A stretch of DNA of 64,000 nucleotides from the human T2T-CHM13v2.0 reference genome, Homo sapiens. The position numbers and the translations under genes are program-made. Where the stretch lies: NCBI RefSeq assembly GCF_009914755.1, contig NC_060928.1, one strand, 5' to 3'. The notes under the pieces are model-generated. The model was not told the DNA's origin and did no database searches. It saw nothing but the letters and a program-made list of their open reading frames with translations. Shown piece after piece: positions 51,701-61,792 of the stretch. How positions within the stretch are numbered: position 1 is the stretch's first letter; the number at the start of each line of letters is the position of its first letter.

Positions 51701-54700
51701 CAAAGCCTGCTTTGTTCTGTAGACTAGTATCACATGACATTGGTTAGAATGTAAACTTGAAAAACATCCAACAGACTTAAACTCCTTACAACATAATTTA
51801 TACAAAGAGTTTATAGTCTTCAGGACTGAGAACAAGAATAAAAGACCGTTTTTACTTGGTAACTGTATTGCTTAAATTATAACATTTCGTAACTACATTA
51901 ACTATTGTCAAGTAAAGTGGAAAGAACACAAACCATGATGGACATGCTTTTACATAAAAGCACCTCCTAGGCAACTCTGCCCTTCAGGAAGTGTTGCTCA
52001 CCTAGAAGGCTGGCACTGCTGTGTGAGCGGTGTTTCCTAGTTATGTAGGCTGGCCTGATGAGCTATGTATGGCAGCGCTAGCAGGACCTGCTCGAAACGA
52101 CAGAACTCTCCACAATACTTTGAGAAATGATTCCACATCCTAAAGCCCAAAATCATGAAAATTGTCTCAAAGTTGGGGCTTTTTTCAAAAACTCAGGTCA
52201 ACCATGCCATTCAGCTGCTCCTTTGTGGGTCCCCTCAGATTCTGTGGGTCCATGTCCACAGGTGACTCGTTCAAAACACTAGTCCCAGGCAGCTCTCAGC
52301 AAAGGTGGTGGGGGTTGCACACCTGCTCCAGCACAGAGGCCTCCTGGGGCTCTTGACAGGGCAACAGCTGGGGCTGCATCTCCCTTGACATCTCCTATTT
52401 TCAATGGAGAAGCGTCAGGTGACTATGCCCTAAGTGTATGCAGGCCAGGCAGATGTTGGGGTGCCCTTCCATCAAGGTCTGGTGGGGCTTTCTCTGAAAG
52501 GATATATGGCTGCTGTCCTGGTCCGTGGAGATGACTTTGTAGTAGCTGCCTTAGAGACGCCTTCATACAAAGGCTGAGCAGTGGGGTCCTTCATATTCTT
52601 GTATTAGTTATATCTGCTGAGGAGGAGACAATGTCTGAGGCAAGGACTGTGCCAGAACCTTTGTCTTCTGAAGCACAGATTACTTGGGATTTGGTAATGG
52701 CTGACACTTGGGAGTTGTTCTTGTTGCTTTGGTGCTTGTGTTGTGCCGTGTGCTCTAGCTGAGCCTTCTTGGGACATCACTGTCCTATCAGAAGAGATCA
52801 GTAGCTCACAGTCTTCCTGAGGTCAGCATTGTTACATGCAAGCTCTGCAGAGTCCTTTTTCTCCAGCTTCATGTGGATGGCTGTGGGATGACCTGTGGGA
52901 TAGTGCTCCCAGAAGCCCAGCACCATTTCATAGAATTGCATTCCTGGCCCCAGGAGTAAACACTTTTGCAGACTTCTCATCCCAAAGCTGCTGGACTTGA
53001 GACCTGGGTTGCTCTGCAGCTGCTTGCTGCTGCATATCTTGCCCAGGGGGCACTTGTGGAGATGAGATCACTATTGCAAAAGGTATATGCCACAGTTGAG
53101 AGCATAAGAACTCTCCATTACTTGGGAAACACTGGCCATGATGCTGGAACTGAAGTGAAGGTACCTGTTTCCCTCAATCCTTGTGACTCATACATTAGAA
53201 CCTGTTCCTGAAAGACTAGCTTCTGCTGGTAATTGAGGCTGCTAGGGATGACATCCCCATTCTGCTGTCCTTGAAATGGTGAGAGAAGCCCTTTTGTTGC
53301 TCCTGCTGCCTCTTTACCTGCACACCATGAACACAGTGCAAGAGGGAAGGGCCTTGCATGCTGGCTTTCTTGCATCTCAGGCTTGAGAATACTGACATGC
53401 AGAAGGATAAGGAAACATTACTGACATCTAGAAAGGCCACTCTGTCACCTGAATATCCCAAATCCCAGCTTGGTATCCTCTTTAACCCATGGGGCTACAG
53501 TTATTTGGGCCATCTTATTTGCTGGGATTCCCCTGTATTACTACAGAAGAGTGGCCAGCTCCACCCAGTAGAACTTCCTGGGCACGAGAGTTCTGCTCGG
53601 TGTCATCAGTGGGAGATTCCACCTGTTTTTTCTGGATTAAAAATAGGTGACTTGGGCAGAGGGATCATGGTTTCTTGGCAGTGTAGATCGTATGTGCCTC
53701 TAGGTGGTAGTATGGCTCTTGTTTTGAAACCAGTTGTTTGTTACGTAGGACAAGAGACTTCGCTGGCCACTTTTTTTTTGGTTGTAAAATCGGGGTAAGG
53801 GTTCTCTGCAAATGACTGAAGTATTAAATGACTGAAATATTCTTAGTTGATTCTTCATAAACTTATGCTTTGGTTTTCCACTTCCTCTTCCCCATCTTTC
53901 TTCATTGGGATTATCTTCAGAGATCTTGTGTTCAGATCCTGACTGAGGCTGACAGGCCCACAGGGTTGTTGGGCTTGACTGCTAATCACCACATGCTCAT
54001 GTGTGTGGCCTAGTGACAATACCTACACATAGCAAAGTTATCCTACTTGTTTAAAGAATTCTGAGCTGCTTCTCTGACGTGTGGAGACACAAGTTGGCTT
54101 TCTGCCTCTTGCTCTTACTCCTTGGGAAACCAGACTCACTGTCCGAGACTCAAACTTGGAAAAAGGAGCCTACTGACTCAGAAGTGGATGGACAGGTGTG
54201 CACAGGACCTGTGCTCAGCACAAGAAAGTGAGGCTACATTCTGTCAGTGTGTCTTCCCCATCCTTGTGCCAGTGTGCTTACCTCTCACCAGGAGATGAAA
54301 ATTTCTAGCTGGGCTACAGAGGCGGCGGTCCCAAATCTTTCTCTCCGCCTCCTTGCACCATGTTACATTTACTGCTACTGATGCTTAATGGTGGCTTTGT
54401 TGTTCAGTTGTCCAGGAAGTAGATGCTGAGAGAACTAGAAATGCAAAAGACCTAGAATGAAGAGGGAAGCTGTCAGATCATAATGTGAATCAGCCAGTCC
54501 TGCCAGTCCAGTAGGGAGCACGAGAGCAGGATTCACTCAGGAATTCCACATGAGGTAGAAATGGCTCGACTCAGTTTGGCTTGGGGCCATCCCAAGAATA
54601 ACAGCAAAGAGCTTGGAGCCCTTGGGTAACCACACTCCACAGCTGGACAGCAAGTCTGATGAAATGGCTGACAGGTTGGCATGGTTGTCAGTTGATGGGC

Positions 54701-55500
54701 AGCTATGATTTTCAAATCCTAAACTGCAGCTGCAGTTGGTCTGGAAGGACCATAAGATTATCTGTTTTCCTAATGTCAGTCCTCAGAGTCCCTCACACTT
54801 GGCCAATACTTGTCAAAGTTGCTTGTTTCAAAGGTGACCAAACAACCACCTAATGTCTGAGCCCCTGCTGGCCTGTCCTTATCAGGCAATGTTTGCTGTA
54901 ATGGCCTAGCTACTCCTGACCCATCAGGCATTGGGGGCACCAAGAAATGGCCCAGTGTAGCAGCAGTTCCTGCTCACCTTCCGGCAAAAGGAGCCAAACA
55001 TGACCTGGCAGTGTAGTTGGGTCCTCTGGAAGTATCCTGGAGCTACACTGTCTAGGTCTGCTTTGGACCTACGTTTGGGAAGTAAATGCCTTCTAAACTC
55101 ACTATCCGGGGTCATTGTGGGTAATAAGGGAGAAGCATCAGAGAACAGTTGTTGGTTTAAAGTAGGTACTGCAACTGGAGTGCATTGTGCTTGTCATAGG
55201 TTGTTTCCTGGCAGCAAACTGTCTCTTGAAACTGCTGGTGAACTGAGGCAGGCTACGGAAGAGGCTCTTGCAAGCCTGACTGTTCGCTCCTTTGAACCAG
55301 GCTGAGACTACTTCCGTGGGTGGTTTGTGGTGGGGTAGTTGAGCGCTTGGGGAAGGACACTTTAAGCCAACACTAAGTTTGTATAAAATATTCAGATTAA
55401 ATCCCATGAAGAGAGAAAGGAGGCAGGATGGGGCTGAAGTCAGACTGGGACGTAAGACTTGTCAGTCTTGCTGAGCCTGGTGGAGAGGGTCCAGAGCATA
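48780..55500. repeat. Copy B of the ancient local duplication (paralog at ~32600-38520)
   Basis: Same anchors, direct orientation, offset 16.2-17.0 kb. Outer boundaries are approximate. Confidence 0.88.
51488..51533. repeat. (CACCCC)n simple repeat, G-quadruplex-prone on the minus strand
   Basis: About 7 copies of cacccc. Confidence 0.9.
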
Positions 55501-58500
55501 CAAAAAAGGCATTCCTGTACTCCAGCCAGTGGACCCTCTCCCTTAAACCTTCTGTGCTGACCTCATTACAAAGTATCTCCTTGATCTATATTTAAATTTC
55601 TGTCTTTAAGTTTTTAGATTGGCACACAATGTGAATGGACGAATTCTGTAATGTGTTCTAGGTGGTTCATGGTATAGGCTTAAGACACCAATTGTGCAAT
55701 GTGAAAAGTCACACGGTGACACACGTGTCCTCTTGGGAAGACCAGGTGGACCTTGGACTTTACACAACTAAGTTTATAACAACCAGTCTAACACCAATGT
55801 GTACTAGCAAACCCAGGGGACTTCTGCCTACTTCCATACTGGAGGAGCCAAGTGGGTTGTTTGACTTTCTACAGCGATCTGAGAATGAAATAATTGGGTA
55901 TGTGAAGTCAATTTGTGTTCCCTAGAGGCAGACTTGTAGATGGAAATTGTTTAAGGCGTTAGGTTTACTGGTGAAGTGAGCTCTCACACCTGAAAGCAAA
56001 CTGGAACAGGGTGGAATGCAAACTGTTTGTTTTGGAAAAGAAGCTTAAATGAGGCCATAATCTCTGGAGCCAGAGTAGCTTCCACAGCTAGCCTTGAATA
56101 TTACCTGGCTGGGCTTTTGTGTACTCCTCACACTCCTAGCCATTGGAAGTGGCCACATCCAGGGATGTGGCATAACATTGGCTCAAGAAACTTTGCATTA
56201 CGACGAGGGCTGTTGTCCGCAGAAGAATGTTGAAACTTCTAGCCCAGGTATCGGGTGTAGCATAGCACCCAGCTCCTTGGAAAGGGAAGGGTGTACTGCC
56301 TGTCTTCTGAAAAGGGCAGATCCTGAGACCTTTATCTGGGGACCTGTCCTTGAACTGCTGAGGTTTCCCATGCATCCTAGCAGGGCTTTGAGTTCCTCAA
56401 TTCTAGGACCATGGATCCACCTACCAAGGGAAGCTCAGGTGATGAGCTGCAGGGTGGGAAAGGAGGCTCCTAGGTGACCCTGGACTTGGCTTCACCATCA
56501 TTGTGAGATTGACAGCTGGTGGAGCTGGTTGTGTGTACTGAAGTTTGGGTGGGGGTGGTGTTCAAGGGGCTTCTCTGAGTGACTACTTGGGACCTTTATC
56601 ATGTTTTAGATGCCCTCAATCTTGCTAGTGCTCCATTCTTCACTTAGGGGGGACTAGCTGTGAGCCCCCACCTGTATTGCCACAGCCTAAGTGACATCAG
56701 ATGAACTGGGAAGTGGTGCTGTGGACTGGCCACACTCCAGGGCCTTGTACTTGCTTATTATAAACTTGGCTTCTTTCCTGGGGACTAGGCTACAGTAGCT
56801 GGTGGTCCCCCTCCCCCGCTCATTTTGGGGAAGATTCTCTCTACCTGATGTGTTTCAGAAGAATGCCTCAAACTCCTGTTCTTAAGCAGTTGCTAAAATC
56901 TACCTTCATTTAGTCTGAGTCCAGGTGATTTGGGAGATAGAACTGGAAAACATGAGCACGGCCTCACCCCCAAATCAATGTTGGTGATCTGTGCATGCCC
57001 CCAAAGAGCTCAGTGGCCTTTTCTTGGGCCTCAAGCCATAAGAATAAGCCAAGTGGCCCATCTCTAAGCCAGCAGTCCCTCTAGGCATGTGGCATAACCT
57101 GTTGTCTATGCTCGGGTTGGGAACTTCTATGCTTGGTGTTCCCCAAGCCCTTTCGCATTACTTGCAGGATGTATCTGTGCATCCTGTATTCTGGCTGGAA
57201 GGCGTGTGCAAGTGCAGCCAGCCAGGAATAAGGTAGAGGAGGAAATACTGTATAGGTGTCTCGCTGTGTTGCAAGAAACCGCTGGGCAGGGATGGGTTGT
57301 GAGGGTCAAAATCCCCCCTGTGGAAGACAGCTGAGTGGATGTCTCTTAGGAACACTGGAGGGCCATTGGGTTTCTCCACAGGGGAGATGATGTATGCCTG
57401 CTGCCAAATGACTACTTCCAATTCTCAGTGTGGAGAGTCAGGGTAGCTTGGGTCAGGCAAGGAGCATTCCCTGGGGAGCAGACTGCCTGCCTCCTAGAAC
57501 ACATCTCCTAAACTGAGCTCCTAGGGCTTATGATACTGCCTTTTTTCCTCTTGATTTGGGACATCCTTTTCCTATTATGGCCTGGGACTGGGACCGGGAC
57601 CGGCACCACAGTCATAGTGTGTGGGATACAGCCCACTGTGGGTCTGAATGACCTCTGTGCCTTCCTGTAGGCTGCTATCGGGTCACATGTAGCCTGTCTG
57701 GGCAGAGGCTGAGAAGCTGCTCTGATGCTGCTTGCAGGTGAGTCCTTGGAGGACTGAGTTCCTGCTCCCTCTCCATGACCCATGTATGGCTGGCTATCAT
57801 CCCAGGGGGCTTTCTACGTTCCAACATACCTTCAAGAATCTTGCTACATACTTCATTCAGTTTTACCTGTGGATATAACTTTATCTACTAAGACTTTAAA
57901 CTACATATTAACCTTAAAAAAAAAAAAAACTGTATGGCTTATAGTGGGCAGTTTACCTTGACTGAACACATCTTTAAAACAATTAGGAAATGTGGAAAAT
58001 TTGACGTTAATACCTAATTGGCACATATATTCAATTCACTGAAAGAAGTTTGCAATAAGGCCTCAAATTCAATGGCAAGAAACTTCTACACTTCATAGTT
58101 GGGCAAACACCTAAATTCATTGCCTGAATGACTTCCTGAACATCCTCTGGATATTAAACTCAATTCCTGGTTGGTGTCTTGGGAAAAGACAATTGGACAA
58201 GAACATGTCTGAGGAAGAAATGGGTATTATCACTGAAATTCTGACCAACAGCCAGTTGGGGGCAGGGGTGAGCAGCGAACCACAAATCCCCTGCTTCCCA
58301 AGCTTTCTTTTCACCTCGTCTTTGAGGATTCTTCTCCAAAACTAGTGTCTGTATCATGATGGTTACAAACCTTCCTACTCCACCTCTCCTCCCAGTTTGT
58401 CTTCAGTAAAAGCAAAAATTCCCTACTAATAAAGTTGGATACTCATTGACCCAGGACAAGTGAAAAAGATCCACGGCAAGGCTGTAAGTCTAGGAAGCAC

Positions 58501-60129
58501 AGACTAAACTTAGCTGGATACATTATGGTACAGCTTTATGTCAAATCTAAATTTAAAAACGATCCAATTCAACTAAAATGGTGCAAAATTATGCTTGCAC
58601 ATTGTGAATATGGTTCCTTAAATTCATCAGGTAACTTAAAACTCAATTTGAGTGGGAAGCAACCTTAAAAGCTTTAAAAAGCAGAAAAAAACCCACAACT
58701 CAGTAGAAAATAAAGTGCCTTGTGTGTTTATCCTGGAGACAAACCATAAAGGCCTCAGGTTATTGAACTCAAATATCCTGAAAAATGTTTTTTGGGAAAG
58801 AATTTTAAGTAGGGGAGTTGATGCTGTTCTGTGCAATGGGGCTGAGCTCTGTGCCCACTGAGTTGGCATAGTGGTGATGTTCTTAGTCACGTTCATCAGG
58901 GCTCTCTGAAATTCATAACATGTAAACATGCTAGTCTGTAAGTTGTCCTCGTGCTTAGATGAAACTGTAAATGCTCTGGAAGGCAAAGGGAGCTTTTCTC
59001 ATTGGTCGACCATTGTTCCAGTACTGCATTAAACTGCTCTGGTCAGAAGTTGTCAGTGATGCTATAAATGAGCTTTCCATTCCAGTGCAAGGGAATTGAC
59101 CAGTGAGGTAGGTTTTGTGTAACTTTGCACTTGCAGGACACATTTAGTCACCAGTCACTCCATTCCTTGTTAGGATCAGAAATACAAGCGGGAGAAGCTG
59201 AAACCACAGTTAACAGCTGGTAGATCTAGAAGCATTAGGAGGCCAAGTGGGATACATCTTTCCAATATACGGAATATCTTGCATAGGTCAAAAAGGCATA
59301 ATTGAGATGCTTGTTAGCAACTTTTCAAGTTTGGTGTTGAGCATTTTGAGTTTGCTTTTTAACTAAAGTTTTCAACGGCATCATGCACAGTATCAACTTC
59401 TCTAGCCAACTGATCTCAATTCCTTGATATTTAGCATGTCACAGCTTTCATGACTAGGGATTGTTTTTGTCTGCTTTTCATCTCATTCATGAAAGCCTGA
59501 GTGTCAAATACTCAAACTGCTTCCACCCTAGTTCCTTCTTCAGATATAGCCAATGACAAAGCAGGAGCAATGACGTTGAAAGAATCCTCCAAGAGCCTTG
59601 GATTCCTGTAGTCTTGGTCCCTTCATGGAGTTGCTTTGGGATCCAGGGACATCTTGAATGTTAGTCTGAGTGCCGCTGCAGGTGTTGTCTTTGTCTATCA
59701 ATTTCTGGGAAGGAGAATTAAAGGACTCTGTCTTAACACTTACACTTGAAGTCTACAACTAGAGTGAAGCAGTTCTTATGGCAGTATTCTGAGAAATTCA
59801 GTACAGGAGCAAACGGCTATTTCTTCTCTCAACTCCTTTACAATGGTCAGCTGAGGAAGTTCCCAGCTGAGAGCTGCTGAAGTCATGTCTAGAAGAGTAG
59901 ACACCTGGGAGTATGACTTGTTCTACTTATTAACTAGAATCAATGGTAACTTGTGAAATGTTTCCATCTTCAAACCGAGGCTCTGTATCTCAACCTATGA
60001 AGCAGCAGGCACTGCTGTGGGGGGCGGGGGTGTGTCTTAAGTTGACATCTGCCACCCACTGGTATGTGCTTGGCCTGTTAAGGTATGAAGACCGGACTTC
60101 AGAGGTCAGCACCATGGAATCGACTGAGG

Positions 60130-61085
60130 CTTTGTCGTTAAGTGCCATAGATATGCCCTTCTTCCTGATGTTCTATACCTACGGGAGGCTTTTCATCAAG
60201 ACCTCACTTAACACACTAGAGGCACAACGTAGCACCTTCAAGGTATGGGGGTGAAATTGGAGGCAGGAAGCAAAAATACACTGTTGCCTCCTGGCTTTCC
60301 TGGAACTCAGGTGTGTCCAACATGAAACTGGAGATGAGTGAACCCAGACACCTGTGTCTGCAGGGATACTTCTCCCGTGGATCCCACACCACCCAACTCC
60401 ATAGGCCTCTTGTGGCGATTGCACTGCCTCTGGTGTCCTGGCCCTGGTTGTGATTCTATCCCCACAAGGCCAGCAAAGTCTGAGGTGAAAGTTGTCACCA
60501 CGATTGTATAAATCCTCTTGAGAGAAGCAGGCTCTTCCAGGGCAGGCAGTTCCTCTGAGGAAGATGAATCTGCTCTGAATTTCACAGGGATGTTTCCCTT
60601 GTCCACTTCAGACAACCTTTGTGATGTCTGGATTCCAGTCTCAGCTCTGCTGGGAGCATCCTTTTGATGTGGGTAGGCAAAGGTGCAGATATGTATGCCT
60701 CTAACTTTTGGCCTTTGCTCAGCTCTAATAGTTGGCACTGGGCCTACAGAATGTCCTGGTGAAGCAGGTTAACCGGTGGTGGTTTTTGATGGTAATCGGT
60801 GAGCTTGGTATACTGAGGCTTTGGTCAGTTACTGAGCTCTGCCCTCTTTGGGTGGAGTGTTGTCACCTATAACAGACCTTCTGTTTGGTCTCCTTTGCTG
60901 GCGTTCCTGGTAACATGGTTATGCCTGGGGAATTAGAAGCCTGCTGTCCCTCTTCAGTTCCTACTGACGGTTGTTCAAACATGGGATTATCTTCCTCGAT
61001 CTCTCTGAAGGTTCCACTCCTTGCCTCCTGACTTCTCCATACTCAAGTGGAGGTTGATCCAAGAGTCTTTTCTACCTCCCAATGC
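60130..61085 (-). pseudogene. DPPA4P: DPPA4 processed pseudogene
   Basis: Intronless, frameshifted match along the whole protein: SMEK..KEW (ATG 61040), EEGQQASN...LPGTPAK, PPPVNLLHQDIL*AQCQ...KGQKLEAY, FAYPHQKD, VVTT, RTPEAVQSPQEAYGVGWCGIHGRSIPADTG.WVHLQFHVG, FLLPASNF, KSL. Original stop at ~60173, then 3'UTR-like sequence. The exact pseudogene number is unknown to me. Confidence 0.93.
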
Positions 61086-61318
61086 TGGTTGGCATTTCTG
61101 TAAGCGTCCTGAAACCCCCAGGTATTGTCCACCACCTAGATGTTAAGGCATGAGGTAGAAACTCTAAGGCAAAACTCAGATGTATCCCTGACATCTCTGC
61201 TGGTGCAGGAAGGCCTGCCATGGGGAAGATGGCAGTGTAAGGCAACTGGCCTGGAGTCCAGTCAGCAGAGACCTGCCACTGGCTGTGGGTTGATCAAGTG
61301 TCCTTCAGTGTCCCAGAC

Positions 61319-61792
61319 TGCCAAAGACCAGCTTGGTTGTGGAGACCCTAACCCAGTGGCACTAGAGGAATTAAAGACAGAGACACAGGAATGAGAAGTG
61401 GGAATCAAAGAGCTGACAGCCTTCAGAGCTTGAGAGTCAGTCTGACCCATACATTTGACAAAGTCAGTGATAAGCATAGTTTCTACATATTACAGACTAG
61501 CTAAAAGCATTCCTTATGGGAAAGAAAGCATTCTTAGTGAGGAGCAGAGAAACATGCCCTGGCTGATTATCTGCAGCAAAAGCATGTTAAGGCACCGGCA
61601 GCTCCTGCTATTGTTTGTGGTTTGAGTAGTTTTCCTGCTCTGGGTGGGCCAGGTTTTCCTAGCGCTGCTCCAGTAAACCAACCTTTAGCAGTGTGTGTGA
61701 TAGCCATCATGAGCATGTCACATTGCTGCAGAAATCCTGTTTATGGCCAGTTTAACACCTGTTTATGACAGGGTTAGGGCTTGCTACCAGCA
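61319..61792 (-). mobile_element. MER9B-type 3' LTR of an HML-3 (HERV-K9) provirus
   Basis: Minus strand TGCTGGTAGCAAGCCC...ACTGGCCATAAACAGGATTTCTGCAGCAATGTGACATGCTC...CCACAAACAATAGC...GGGTCTCCACAACCAAGCTGGTCTTTGGCA. Preceded by a polypurine tract AAAAAGGAAAAGGGGG (~61796-61811). Confidence 0.88.

Noticed and set aside
52900-53000. NUTM-family identity for the FYEM-containing peptide
   Set aside because: Only a 4-5 residue resemblance, which is not enough to name a parent.
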